Assembly: GCA_041690595.1 (NCBI GenBank)
Contig: JAWLHB010000005.1
Coordinates: 124,001-188,000, forward strand
DNA length: 64,000 bases
From: Lentisphaeria bacterium
GTDB taxonomy: Bacteria; Verrucomicrobiota; Lentisphaeria; JABSQK01; JAWLHB01
Reading direction: 5' to 3'
The position numbers and the translations under genes were made by a program. Each line of letters starts with the position of its first letter. The first letter of the stretch is position 1. Under the pieces are notes generated by a model that did not search any database, was not told the origin of the DNA, and worked only from the letters and a program-made list of their open reading frames with translations. Below, one piece after another: positions 48,887 to 58,762 of this stretch.

Positions 48887-50011
48887 TCAGAAAGCCATGC
48901 GTGCCCACCCCTTCCGCTCCGGCGAAAGCGGCGGCAGCCCCAGAATCTCCCGCGCCGTCGATACATAGTATCGATAAGCTTCGAGTGGTGTCCCGTTCGG
49001 TATCCGGTGGTCCAGACTGAAGACAATCCCGCCGCTCTCCCGCATCAGTGGCTGCAGCTTATACGCAAGCTCCCGGTCGATCGCCTCCCTGCCCTGCCGC
49101 AGCACATGCTTGTCGATGCCGCCAAGCATCATCAGCCGCTTGCCGTACTGCTTGCGCAACTGTACGATGTCCATCCCCGCGGCCGGCTCCATCGGCAGGA
49201 TGCTCGTCAACCCGCAGGCAAGCAGCTCCTCCATCACCGCATTCACATTGCCGTCCGTATCCTGCTGAAAGATCCTGCCGCCGCTTTCCCGCACCAGATT
49301 CCAGCTCGCCAGATAATACGGCCGCAGATGCTCGCGTATCTGCTTTGGACCGATCAACGGACCCGACTTCCCCGCGAAATCCTCATGCACCGACAGCGAG
49401 TCGATGGAGATCTCCCGGCACACCTGCTCCAGAACCCGCACACATGTGTCCGTCAGCGTGGCCATGATGTCCGCAATCAGCTCCGGCTGCTCATAATACG
49501 CCACGCAGCCCAACTCCTCCCCCATCAGCTCGCGCACCATGTCATAGCCGCCCGGAATTCCCGCGCAGAGCAACTTGCCCGCCTTCTGTTCCTGCTTCGC
49601 CCGCTCCACCTGCGGCCAGTCGATACGGTCATCGCTGTACGTGAACATCGGCTTCAGCTTCAGCCAGTCATCCATGCTCTTCACCGGGAAATCCAGCGGC
49701 AGGGAGATGGTGGCAACCCGCTTGGCCAGCTTCAGCGTCCGCCCAAGATGATCCCGCTCGATCCGATACTCATCGGTCTCCTCGATCACCACTCGCGGCT
49801 GCCCACCCCGCGCCCCGCAGTGCACCCCCGCATGCACCCGAGAGACATAGTCGAAGTCGAACGCCACCATCTCGATCTCATCCTCGCTCGCCCCCTGCGC
49901 CCGCCATTCCTCCGCCAGTCCGATCAACGGACCAAACAGCTCCGAAAACATCGGACGCTCAAAGTCGCCAAAGCTCATCAACTCGAGATATGCTTCCCGG
50001 GTGAATTCCAT
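48887..50011 (-). CDS. Uroporphyrinogen decarboxylase (URO-D/MtaA-like) family protein
   Basis: EDFAGKSGPLIGP, DTDGN, PMEPAAGMD, GGIDK and LDHRIP motifs. Confidence 0.85.
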   Translation of the reverse strand: MEFTREAYLELMSFGDFERPMFSELFGPLIGLAEEWRAQGASEDEIEMVAFDFDYVSRVHAGVHCGARGGQPRVVIEETDEYRIERDHLGRTLKLAKRVATISLPLDFPVKSMDDWLKLKPMFTYSDDRIDWPQVERAKQEQKAGKLLCAGIPGGYDMVRELMGEELGCVAYYEQPELIADIMATLTDTCVRVLEQVCREISIDSLSVHEDFAGKSGPLIGPKQIREHLRPYYLASWNLVRESGGRIFQQDTDGNVNAVMEELLACGLTSILPMEPAAGMDIVQLRKQYGKRLMMLGGIDKHVLRQGREAIDRELAYKLQPLMRESGGIVFSLDHRIPNGTPLEAYRYYVSTAREILGLPPLSPERKGWARMAF

Positions 50012-50038
50012 ACTACTTCCCTCCCCCCTTTCGTGTCG

Positions 50039-50884
50039 TTACGTCCGAGCCGCCGCACACGAGGCCGGCTCGCCATGATCGTTGAAGATGGTGTCGTAAA
50101 CCTCGCGGCTCACGGTCGTGGTATCGGCGCCACGATAGTGAAACTGCAGCGCCCGCCGCCGATGCGACGAACGGTTCGGCGGCGTCTGATGCGGCAGCAT
50201 GCCCATGAAAAAGAGCACCCCACCCGCCGGCAGCGGAATCGGAACCGCCTGCCCCGCATCCAGCCGCTCCGGCACAATCGTGCAATCCGTCGTGTGGTGA
50301 TGCCGGCGCGCTCCCTCCCGATGCCCACCGGGGATCACGTGCATGCAGCCGTTCTCCACCGTCGCCGCATCCAGCGCAATCCACACCCCCACCACCTGCT
50401 CCAGCGGCGTCACCGCAAAGTACGCATTGTCCTGGTGCCACGGCTTCTCCGACCCGATCAAAGGCGGCTTCACCAGTGCCATGTCCTGAAAGAGCATGGC
50501 GCCCGCCCCCAGCAGCGACTCCAGCACCCCGCGCAACCGTGGATGTCCCTCCGCAAGCCTCGAAAAGAAGGGATCCACATCGCAATACCACATGAGCTTG
50601 CGTACCTTCAGCTCCACCTCCTCCGCGGACAGCGTTGAACAATCCGTTCCCGGCTCCAGTTGCACGTGAAAGCGACCGCCATCCCGACGCGTCAGCACCG
50701 AGCCCTGCGCCGACTCCGCCGCCGTCTCCCGCACCAACTCCTTCAGTCGCTCCCGCGCGGTCTCCAGCTCCTCCCTGGAGAGCAATCCATCGAAAGCAAG
50801 ATACCCCTCCTCCCGAAAGCGGTTTATCTCGTCGGTCGTCAGGCGTTCAGGGCAGGAAGGCAAGAGAGTAAGCTTGGTTGTCAT
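50039..50884 (-). CDS. Phytanoyl-CoA dioxygenase (PhyH) family protein
   Basis: KPWHQD, WIALD.AT.ENGC..IPG.H and HQTPPNRS..RRA motifs. Confidence 0.9.
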   Translation of the reverse strand: MTTKLTLLPSCPERLTTDEINRFREEGYLAFDGLLSREELETARERLKELVRETAAESAQGSVLTRRDGGRFHVQLEPGTDCSTLSAEEVELKVRKLMWYCDVDPFFSRLAEGHPRLRGVLESLLGAGAMLFQDMALVKPPLIGSEKPWHQDNAYFAVTPLEQVVGVWIALDAATVENGCMHVIPGGHREGARRHHHTTDCTIVPERLDAGQAVPIPLPAGGVLFFMGMLPHQTPPNRSSHRRRALQFHYRGADTTTVSREVYDTIFNDHGEPASCAAART

Positions 50885-50956
50885 CACACGATCTCCGGTT
50901 AGTTGCGGAAAGCAGTTCTTGTGCATATACTATACGCGCACCGCCTCCACCACTCC

Positions 50957-51766
50957 ATGGATAAAAACACCGAACCTTTGTACTATACACGCATCGTGAC
51001 CGATCCCTTCCCCTCCCTCCAGCTCCACGGACTGCCACACATCTACTGGTGCGAACCTCATTGGGAATGGCGCCCGCCGGCCCCCTTTGCCGATCACGAC
51101 CTATGGTGTGTCATGGATGGCGACGGCTCCCTCGACCTCAACGGCAGGAATCACCACCTGCAGGCAGGCATCTGCTTCGTCTTTCACCCGGGAGATCGCG
51201 TGCACGGCCGCCAGAATCCCGATCACCGCCTGCGCGTCTTTGCCTGCCACTTCGACATCGACGAAGCAGCCGAAGCCGGTCTCCTGCCCCACGTGACGCG
51301 CCTGCACGACCTCCCTCTCCTTTCCACCCTGGCGCGCGACTGCGAGGCTGCCGCCCATGCCCGCGACAAGCTCGCCCCCCTGCGTACCCAGCTGACCTTC
51401 CGTCTCCTCCTTCTGCATCTCGCCGCCCAGGCACAGGGAACCGGCGATCAGCCCGGCGATCCCCTCATCGCTCGCCTCTACCATGCCATTCGAGAAGATC
51501 CCGGACAGCCATGGACCGTCGAACGCCTCGCCCGGCGCGCCAACCTCTCCCATTCCCAGCTCACCCGCCGCTTTGTCGCCGAAACCGGCATGTCACCCAT
51601 TCGCTGCGTCACCACCGCCCGCATCGACCGCGCGCAACGTCTCCTCCGCGAATCCCGCCTCACCGTCAGTCAGATCGCCGATGCCCTCGGTTATCGCGAC
51701 GTCTTCTACTTCAGCCGTCAGTTCAAGCAACTGACCGGCCTCCCCCCCACCCACCGCCGCCGCTGA
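50957..51766 (+). CDS. AraC family transcriptional regulator
   Basis: Cupin-like N-domain; C-terminal IADALGYRDVFYFSRQFKQLTGLPP; exact start uncertain. Confidence 0.9.
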   Translation: MDKNTEPLYYTRIVTDPFPSLQLHGLPHIYWCEPHWEWRPPAPFADHDLWCVMDGDGSLDLNGRNHHLQAGICFVFHPGDRVHGRQNPDHRLRVFACHFDIDEAAEAGLLPHVTRLHDLPLLSTLARDCEAAAHARDKLAPLRTQLTFRLLLLHLAAQAQGTGDQPGDPLIARLYHAIREDPGQPWTVERLARRANLSHSQLTRRFVAETGMSPIRCVTTARIDRAQRLLRESRLTVSQIADALGYRDVFYFSRQFKQLTGLPPTHRRR

Positions 51767-51818
51767 AGCCTCTCCCCCCGTCCCCGCGCGTCTGCGTTCC
51801 CTCGTCCCGCTCGCCCGT

Positions 51819-51871
51819 TCCGTCCGATCCGCCTGATCCGTCCGATCCGCCTGATCCGTCCGATCCGCCTG
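51819..51871 (+). repeat. Tandem repeat (TCCGTCCGA TCCGCCTGA)x3, six 9-bp units
   Basis: Read directly; 51832-51858 is identical to 38382-38408. Confidence 0.92.
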
Positions 51872-52020
51872 CCCCGCGTCCAGTCTCTTACCCGCTGCGT
51901 TTATACAGGCATCTCTTGTAATGATCCAAGCATGCCGGTAGAATACTCTCGGACTGGCGGAACTTCGACAGATCTGTCCATTGGATGGTTGGCAACGGCG
52001 ACCCTTATCCAGGTGCAAGA

Positions 52021-52512
52021 ATGAAGGTCTTATTGTTGGGGCTGCTCACTGCTCTTGCGGCAACTATGGTTGGTCATGGTGAGGACAAAACCGAGCTTCG
52101 GCCCACCGCTGCTGTGATCGTACCTGTCGCGTCGGAGCTGGACGAGACCATCGCGCAGATCCGCCGTGATTTCAATGCCGACATGGGTACCGCGTGGGAG
52201 ATGCTTGCTCGCCTGGTCAAACCCGGCATGAGACGCGCCGACGTCGAGAAGATTCTTCCGCCATTCAATGATCGAAAGTTTATGTGCTATGTGATTACGA
52301 ACGGGAGCGGCGGCGCCCAGTGCGTCTTCTACTGGGTTGACCCCGATTGGCGCGTCTCCATCTTCTACGACCGCACGGGTGTCCAACGAGACGCGGCCGG
52401 TAACTCACTGTCGGATAGCAGCCCGGACAACAGAGTGTTAGATGAGGTGAAAGTAGAGAAGTTGCCGTGCCCGCCACGGAAGGAGTGGAGGTCACTCGCC
52501 CCGCCGGAATAA
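52021..52512 (+). CDS. Hypothetical exported protein
   Basis: MKVLLLGLLTALAA signal peptide; lower-GC appearance; LVKPGMRRADVEKIL is reminiscent of a SmpA/BamE-like start. Confidence 0.7.
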   Translation: MKVLLLGLLTALAATMVGHGEDKTELRPTAAVIVPVASELDETIAQIRRDFNADMGTAWEMLARLVKPGMRRADVEKILPPFNDRKFMCYVITNGSGGAQCVFYWVDPDWRVSIFYDRTGVQRDAAGNSLSDSSPDNRVLDEVKVEKLPCPPRKEWRSLAPPE

Positions 52513-52549
52513 CCGTCCGACTCGTCCGACCCCGTCAGCCTCGTCCGAC
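52513..52549 (+). repeat. Degenerate ~9-bp repeat (CGTCCGAC-like)x4
   Basis: CGTC at 52514, 52523, 52533 and 52542, starting immediately after the TAA. Confidence 0.7.
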
Positions 52550-52581
52550 CTTCACGGCCCCGTCAGACGCTCTCACCCGCG

Positions 52582-53379
52582 CTACAGGCCGAAGAGGCGG
52601 GCGGCATTGCCACCCAGCAGCGCGGCTTCCCGCTCTGCCGGCAGATCCAACTCGCGGATCTGCCTCAGCACCTCTGCCTGATCGTCCCACGGCGAATCCG
52701 TCCCGAAGAGGATGTACTCGGCCGGGTGTTCCATCAGCAGCCGTCGCAGCCGCTCCGGCCCAATCCAGTGATAGACGAAAGCAGTATCGAGGTAGACGGA
52801 GCGCCCGATGAGCAACGCTTCCACCTCATCCCAATCTTCCCAGGCGCCCATGTGACTGGCGATAAGCTTCAGCCGTGGAAAGGAATCGAGCACCGCCGCG
52901 ATACGCACCGGATCGCAGATGCGATCACGCGGATAGGCGATGTCGAAGCCCGTGTGCGCCAGCAGCACCAGCCCCCTCTCCTGCATCACCTCGTACAGCG
53001 CCCACATGCGCGGCTCGTCCAGCAGGAAGCGCTGATAGTAAGGATGCAGCTTCACGCCCTTGAAGCCCGCGTCCGCGATGATGCCGATCCGTGCCATCGC
53101 CTCAGGGTCGTCCGGATGCACCGACGGCAGGGGAATCACCCGCCCGCCTTGCAGGCTCTTCGACCACTCCAGGATCGGCCCGAACTGCTTGGGCTGGGTC
53201 GCGATGCTGGCCACCACCGTGGCATCGATCCCAGCCCGGTCCATCGATCCGATCAGGCTGGCGATCGTGCCATCCAGTTTGGCGCGTACATCGTCTTCCA
53301 CCAGCTCAGCCGTCAGCGCCGCGATAGCCCGCTCAGCCAGGCTGTCCGGAAAGGCGTGGCCATGTGCATCAACGATCAT
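52582..53379 (-). CDS. Amidohydrolase_2 family metal-dependent hydrolase
   Basis: DAHGH, GVKLHPYYQ, HTGFD, SHMG and LFGTDSPW motifs. Confidence 0.9.
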   Translation of the reverse strand: MIVDAHGHAFPDSLAERAIAALTAELVEDDVRAKLDGTIASLIGSMDRAGIDATVVASIATQPKQFGPILEWSKSLQGGRVIPLPSVHPDDPEAMARIGIIADAGFKGVKLHPYYQRFLLDEPRMWALYEVMQERGLVLLAHTGFDIAYPRDRICDPVRIAAVLDSFPRLKLIASHMGAWEDWDEVEALLIGRSVYLDTAFVYHWIGPERLRRLLMEHPAEYILFGTDSPWDDQAEVLRQIRELDLPAEREAALLGGNAARLFGL

Positions 53380-53963
53380 TGGCCCGTCAATTCCCTTACC
53401 AGTTGGCGTGCGGCGCGATAGACCGCCAGATTGACGGCAATCACCTGCTCCCCTTTCTCCGCGAACTGGTCATGAATCGCCTCCTCCAGCCGCGCTTCCG
53501 GCAGGCCGATGAACGGCGTGGCGGCGCCAAGCATCGCCACATTCATGCACCGACGCGTCCCGTGCTCCGCGGCCAGCGCATCCGCATCGAACAGCACGTG
53601 ACGTTCCACCTGCTCGATCGCCTCCTGCACCTCGATGATATCCGGGTACTTGTCGATGTTCTCCACCGGCCGCGAATTCGTCACCAGCCATCCGTCTCGG
53701 GAAAGAAAAGGCAGGTACCGCAACGATTCCATCGGCTCGACGGCCAATATCAGCGATGCACTACCCTGCCGGATCAGATCCGAATGGATCGGCCTGTCCG
53801 AGAGGCGAAGGTGCGACTGCACCGCCCCACCCCGTTGGGCCATTCCATGCACTTCCGCCTGCTTCATGTGCAGGCCATCTTTGAGCGCGGCGCGCGCGAT
53901 GATCGCGGAGATCGACAGGATTCCCTGTCCGCCCACGCCGGCTATAATCATGTCTAGTTTCAT
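53376..53963 (-). CDS. iorB: Indolepyruvate:ferredoxin oxidoreductase beta subunit
   Basis: AGVGGQG, QAEVHGMAQRGGAVQSHLR and NVAMLGA motifs; start MKLDMII. Confidence 0.92.
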   Translation of the reverse strand: MKLDMIIAGVGGQGILSISAIIARAALKDGLHMKQAEVHGMAQRGGAVQSHLRLSDRPIHSDLIRQGSASLILAVEPMESLRYLPFLSRDGWLVTNSRPVENIDKYPDIIEVQEAIEQVERHVLFDADALAAEHGTRRCMNVAMLGAATPFIGLPEARLEEAIHDQFAEKGEQVIAVNLAVYRAARQLVRELTGQ

Positions 53964-55564
53964 GCTTGGAGCTTGGCTTCCTTTTTGCGTTTGTTCATGG
54001 CCTGGATGCAAACGCGGCGACAGATGACCACCGAGACGCCCCGATAGTCCAGCTCGCGCACCAGCACCTCCGCATTCTCGTCCGCCAGCCGCGGCAGCGG
54101 ATCGATCACATGCAGATGCTCCGGTTCCACCCCAAGCCCCAGGCAGATCTGGTCGATGCGTCCACTCATGCCCGCCGAATCCTGCCCCCCGGTCATCGCG
54201 GTCGTATCGTTGTCGAGAATCAGAATCGTCACGTTGGAACCTTCCAGCACGCAGTCGAGCAAACCGGTGATGCCGGAATGGGTGAAGGTGGAGTCGCCGA
54301 TAACGGCAATGGCGGGATGCACCCCGGCGTCGGAGGCGCCCTTGGCCATGGTGATCGAAGCCCCCATGTCGACGCAACTGTCGATAGCCTCGTAAGGCGA
54401 GAGCGCGCCGAGCGTGTAGCAGCCGATATCACTCAGAACCCGAGGATCTTCGTACCGCGCCAACGCCTGCTTGAGAAAGGTGTACGTGCCGGCATGCGCG
54501 CAACCCGTACACAGCTTCGGCGGCCGCATCGCCACCACGCCGGGCACCGTGAATGCCGGTTCGGTACCCAGACCAAGCGCCGTGCCGACCACATCCGGCG
54601 ACAACTCGCCCGTTCGCGGCAGGCTTCCGTCCAGCCGTCCATGGATCGCCTTGGCCGGCGGCAGCAGCCCGACCAGCTGCTCTTCCAGCAGCGGCATCCC
54701 CTCTTCCATTACCAGAATCTCGTCGCATTCCTCAAAAAGTCTCCGAATCAGCCCGACTGGCACCGGATACTGGCGAAGGCTCAGCACGGGATGAGGCGAC
54801 TCTCCATCGCAGACCTCCCGCAGGTAATTCACCGCGATCCCCGTCGCCAGGATACCCAGCCGCTTGTCCGCTCCATCGATGTACTCGTTGTAGCGACTGC
54901 TCTCCGAGCGTTCCACCAGCGCCGGTTGCCGCGCTATCAGCGCCGCATAGTTGCGCCGCGCGTTACCGGGCAGCAGAATGAACTGAGCGCGGTCCGCCGA
55001 CAGCGACAGGGGCTTCTCCGGAAGCACCTCGCCACGGACCACATCCGCCCGCGAATGGCAAAGACGCGTTGTAACCCGAACCATGACCGGCAGCTTCACG
55101 GCCTCCGAAAGCTCGAAGCCATAGCGCATCATGTCATACGCTTCCTGCTGCGTGTGCGGCTCGAGCAGCGGGATCATCGCGAACTTCGCGAAGAAGCGGC
55201 TGTCCTGCTCGTTCTGGCTCGAATGCATCGACGGATCGTCCGCCACCAGGATCAGCAGGCCGCCGTTCACCCCGGTGATCGCCGCGTTCATGAAGCAGTC
55301 CGCCGCCACATTCAGCCCCACGTGCTTCATGGTGACAAGCGCCCGCTTGCCCGCATAGGACATGCCGAGTCCTTCTTCCAGCGCGGTCTTTTCGTTGGTG
55401 CTCCAGATGTCATGCACCTTGCGCCCCTGATCGGCGCCGACTTCCTGAATATACGTGATGATCTCGGTCGAAGGCGTCCCGGGGTAACCGTAGGCACCGG
55501 AAATACCGGCATCCAGAGCTCCCTGCGCTATCGCCTCATCCCCGAGGAGAAGCAACTTTGTCAT
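53960..55564 (-). CDS. iorA: Indolepyruvate:ferredoxin oxidoreductase alpha subunit (short type, no C-terminal ferredoxin)
   Basis: YPGTPSTEI, NEKTALE, MKHVGLNVAAD, SSQNEQDSR, DIGCYTLG, GDSTF and TAMTGGQ motifs. Confidence 0.93.
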   Translation of the reverse strand: MTKLLLLGDEAIAQGALDAGISGAYGYPGTPSTEIITYIQEVGADQGRKVHDIWSTNEKTALEEGLGMSYAGKRALVTMKHVGLNVAADCFMNAAITGVNGGLLILVADDPSMHSSQNEQDSRFFAKFAMIPLLEPHTQQEAYDMMRYGFELSEAVKLPVMVRVTTRLCHSRADVVRGEVLPEKPLSLSADRAQFILLPGNARRNYAALIARQPALVERSESSRYNEYIDGADKRLGILATGIAVNYLREVCDGESPHPVLSLRQYPVPVGLIRRLFEECDEILVMEEGMPLLEEQLVGLLPPAKAIHGRLDGSLPRTGELSPDVVGTALGLGTEPAFTVPGVVAMRPPKLCTGCAHAGTYTFLKQALARYEDPRVLSDIGCYTLGALSPYEAIDSCVDMGASITMAKGASDAGVHPAIAVIGDSTFTHSGITGLLDCVLEGSNVTILILDNDTTAMTGGQDSAGMSGRIDQICLGLGVEPEHLHVIDPLPRLADENAEVLVRELDYRGVSVVICRRVCIQAMNKRKKEAKLQA

Positions 55565-55663
55565 GGTAGGTTGATATCCACAAGTATGGTGTTGGGCATC
55601 GCTCAGCAACTGAAGATACGTGCCTTCAGCCCCTTCCGCTACTGCACATTGTTCTCAGTCCAC

Positions 55664-56989
55664 TCAAAAAACCCGCTGATCGACGACTCGCTTCGCCTTC
55701 CCCTGAAAGCGGACCATCGATCCCGGCTCCACAAGGGTAAGTTTCACCTTGAGACCAAGCGCATTCTTGAGACGTTCCTGAAGCTCGTCACGCAACTGCG
55801 TCATCCGCTTCATCTGATCCGAGAAAAGCTTCTCCGACGCTTCCACCTGCACCTCCAGTTGATCCATCGCCCCCTGGCGCGTGCAGATGAGCTGATAATG
55901 CGGCGCGGTATCCTGGAACTGCAGCAGCACCTCCTCCACCTGCGAAGGAAAGATGTTGACGCCGCGCACGATCAGCATGTCGTCCGTGCGACCGGTCACC
56001 TTCTGCATGCGCCGCGTCGTTCTTCCGCACGCGCATTCGCCCGGTATGATGCGGGTGATGTCGCGGGTTCGATACCGGATTACCGGTATCGCCTCCTTGG
56101 TCAGAGGGGTGATGATCACCTCGCCCACTTCCCCATCGGGCAGCGGTTCCAGCGTCTCCGGATCCACGATCTCGAAAAGAAAATGATCCTCGCTCACATG
56201 CAGGCCGTTCTGCTGAAGGCATTCGCCGCTGACCCCGGGGCCGACCACCTCCGAAAGCCCGTAGTTGTCCGTCGCGGTAATGCCCAGCAGGCTCTCGATC
56301 TTCGCCCGGATGGCATCCGTCCAGAACTCGCCCCCGAAGAAGCCGTACCGCAGCTTCAGATCGGCCAGCTCCAGCCCTTCCCGCTGCAGGCTTTCCCCAA
56401 GAAAAACTGCGTACGTCGGCGTGCAGACCAGTGCCGTCGTCCCGAGATCCTGCATCAGCATCAACTGCTTTTCCGTATTCCCGCTGGAAGCAGGGATCAC
56501 GGTCGCCCCCACCCGTTCGCAGCCGTAGTGCAGGCCGAAGCCGCCCGTGAAGAGGCCGTAGCCGAAGGCAATCTGCACGATATCGTCGTCGGTCAGTCCG
56601 CCAGCCACCAGGAATCGCGCGACCACCTCGGTCCAGTTCTCCATATCGCCGCGCGTATAGCCGACGACCGTCGGTTTGCCCGTGGTGCCCGTGGAGGCAT
56701 GCAGCCGCACCACCTCCTTGAGCGGCACCGCGAAAGCCCCGTAAGGATACGTATCCCGCAGGTCGTCCTTCAGCGTCAGCGGCAGCAGCCGGCAATCCTC
56801 CAGACAACGGATATCGCCGGGTGCAATGCCCGCCGCTTCCATCTTCGCGCGATAGTAGGGCAGCTTCTTCCAGGCGATATCCACCTGCCGGCGCAATCGC
56901 TCGTACTGCAGCTCTCGCATCGCCGCGGCAGGCAGGCATTCCACCTCGGGCGAGCGGATTTGGGAGGAGGTCGTGGCAAGGGCATTCAC
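55664..56989 (-). CDS. paaK: Phenylacetate-CoA ligase family (paralogue 1)
   Basis: [29 protein letters not shown] and [13 protein letters not shown] motifs. Confidence 0.9.
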   Translation of the reverse strand: MNALATTSSQIRSPEVECLPAAAMRELQYERLRRQVDIAWKKLPYYRAKMEAAGIAPGDIRCLEDCRLLPLTLKDDLRDTYPYGAFAVPLKEVVRLHASTGTTGKPTVVGYTRGDMENWTEVVARFLVAGGLTDDDIVQIAFGYGLFTGGFGLHYGCERVGATVIPASSGNTEKQLMLMQDLGTTALVCTPTYAVFLGESLQREGLELADLKLRYGFFGGEFWTDAIRAKIESLLGITATDNYGLSEVVGPGVSGECLQQNGLHVSEDHFLFEIVDPETLEPLPDGEVGEVIITPLTKEAIPVIRYRTRDITRIIPGECACGRTTRRMQKVTGRTDDMLIVRGVNIFPSQVEEVLLQFQDTAPHYQLICTRQGAMDQLEVQVEASEKLFSDQMKRMTQLRDELQERLKNALGLKVKLTLVEPGSMVRFQGKAKRVVDQRVF

Positions 56990-57417
56990 AGCTTCAATAC
57001 GTCCTCATTGGCCAGGACGGTGATGCCGCCCTTCTTGAGTACCTCGATCGCGGCATCCACATCGTCAAAGCGAAATACCAGCGCCGCCTTCTCCGTCGCT
57101 TTCTCCACGAAGGCGTACATGTACTCGACATTGACTTTGGCGTTCGAAAGCACGTCCAGCACGCTCGCCAGTCCGCCGGGCGTGTCCGGCACCTCGACCG
57201 CCACCACATCCGTCTGCGACAACGTGAAATTGTAATACTTGAGCACCTCGGTCGCCCGATCCGGCTTGTCGACGATCAGGCGAAGAATGCCGAAGTCACT
57301 GGTATCCGCCAGCGAAAGCGCCCGGATGTTGATCTCATTCTCACCCAGCAGCTTGGCGACCGTATCCAGACGGCCCGCGCGATTCTCCAGAAAGATGCTG
57401 ATCTGCTTCACTTTCAT
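56986..57417 (-). CDS. ACT domain-containing protein
   Basis: [45 protein letters not shown]. Confidence 0.92.
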   Translation of the reverse strand: MKVKQISIFLENRAGRLDTVAKLLGENEINIRALSLADTSDFGILRLIVDKPDRATEVLKYYNFTLSQTDVVAVEVPDTPGGLASVLDVLSNAKVNVEYMYAFVEKATEKAALVFRFDDVDAAIEVLKKGGITVLANEDVLKL

Positions 57418-57441
57418 GGGAGGTTCCTCCTTGGTTCAATG

Positions 57442-58752
57442 TCAAAGTTGACGCTTGTCGATGACGCGTTTCGACTTGCCTTCGCTGCGCACGATGCTGA
57501 AGGGCTCCACCAGCGTGATCTTCGCGCTCAGCCCCAGCGTCGTATGAATCGCCTCGCCTATCCGGTTGCGAAGCTGCTCCAGCTGTTTGATCTCGTCCGA
57601 GAATACGTCCGAACTGACCTCCACCTGGACCTCCAGCTCGTCCAGCGCTCCCCGCTTGTCCACGATGATCATGTAATGCGGTTCCGTCTTCTCCACCGAC
57701 AGCAGCGCACTCTCGATCTGCGACGGAAAGACATTGACGCCGCGGATGATCAGCATGTCATCCGTGCGTCCCGAGACCCGCCGCATCCGCGCCAGCGTGC
57801 GCCCGCAGGCGCAAGTCTCGTGGTTCAAGGTCGTGATGTCCCGCGTCCGATAGCGGATCAGCGGCAGGCATTCCTTGGTGAAACAGGTGAAGACCAGCTC
57901 TCCGTACTCGCCATCCGGCAGAACCTTGCCGCTATTCGGATCGATGATCTCGGGAAAGAAATGGTCCTCGAAGACATGCAGCCCCTCGTGCGCCAGGCAT
58001 TCGCTCGAAACGCCTGGCCCGATCACCTCGCTGAGCCCATAGATGTCGAGTGCCTCCAGATTCAGCCGCTGCGAGATCACCTTGCGCATCGTATCCGACC
58101 ACGGCTCCGCGCCGAAGAAACCCGCCTTGATCGGCAGATTCGCCAGGTCGATCCCCTGCGCATCGGCAACTTCCGCCATCTGCAGCGCGTACGATGGCGT
58201 GCAGCAGATCAGCGTCGTCCCGAAATCCTGCATCAGCATCAGCTGTCGGCCCGTGTTGCCGCCGGACATCGGGATCACCATCGCCCCCAGCTTCTCGGCG
58301 CCATAGTGCATCCCCAATCCACCGGTAAACAGACCATACCCGTAGGCAATCTGGATGACATCCTTTGAAGTGCCGCCGCCGCAGGCCAGCGTCCGCGCGC
58401 AGACTCCCGCCCAGAGGTCGATGTCGTTGCGCGTATAGCCCACCACCGTCGGCCGCCCCGTCGTCCCGGACGACGCATGCACCCGCACCACGTCGTCCCG
58501 CGAAACCGCAAAGAGGCCGAACGGATACGTATCGCGAAACTCTTCCTTCGTCGTGAATGGCAGCTTCACCAGATCATCGATCGAACGAATGTCGCTTGGC
58601 GCAATTCCCGCCTCATCCAGCTTCCGGCGGTAGAAGGGCACACGCTCGTACACCCGTTCCACCATCTCGCGAAGCCGTTTACCCTGCAAGGCGCTCAATT
58701 GGTCGCGCCCCATTGTCTCATGCTCTTTGTCGAAGTAGCCGGTCATGGCCAT
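57442..58752 (-). CDS. paaK: Phenylacetate-CoA ligase family (paralogue 2)
   Basis: [38 protein letters not shown] and GKSKRVID motifs. Confidence 0.92.
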   Translation of the reverse strand: MAMTGYFDKEHETMGRDQLSALQGKRLREMVERVYERVPFYRRKLDEAGIAPSDIRSIDDLVKLPFTTKEEFRDTYPFGLFAVSRDDVVRVHASSGTTGRPTVVGYTRNDIDLWAGVCARTLACGGGTSKDVIQIAYGYGLFTGGLGMHYGAEKLGAMVIPMSGGNTGRQLMLMQDFGTTLICCTPSYALQMAEVADAQGIDLANLPIKAGFFGAEPWSDTMRKVISQRLNLEALDIYGLSEVIGPGVSSECLAHEGLHVFEDHFFPEIIDPNSGKVLPDGEYGELVFTCFTKECLPLIRYRTRDITTLNHETCACGRTLARMRRVSGRTDDMLIIRGVNVFPSQIESALLSVEKTEPHYMIIVDKRGALDELEVQVEVSSDVFSDEIKQLEQLRNRIGEAIHTTLGLSAKITLVEPFSIVRSEGKSKRVIDKRQL

Positions 58753-58762
58753 GCTCCCCCTC

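Noticed and set aside
53960..54030. IorA lacking the C-terminal ferredoxin domain as a pseudogene
   Set aside because: Short IorA forms exist, and the gene is cleanly coupled to iorB by an ATGA overlap.
53966..57235. 1089-aa + strand ORF and other long antisense ORFs (5048..7543, 16739..18865, 42072..44006, 45697..47799, 48722..50638)
   Set aside because: Shadow ORFs opposite well-supported genes in GC-rich DNA, with no recognisable motifs.
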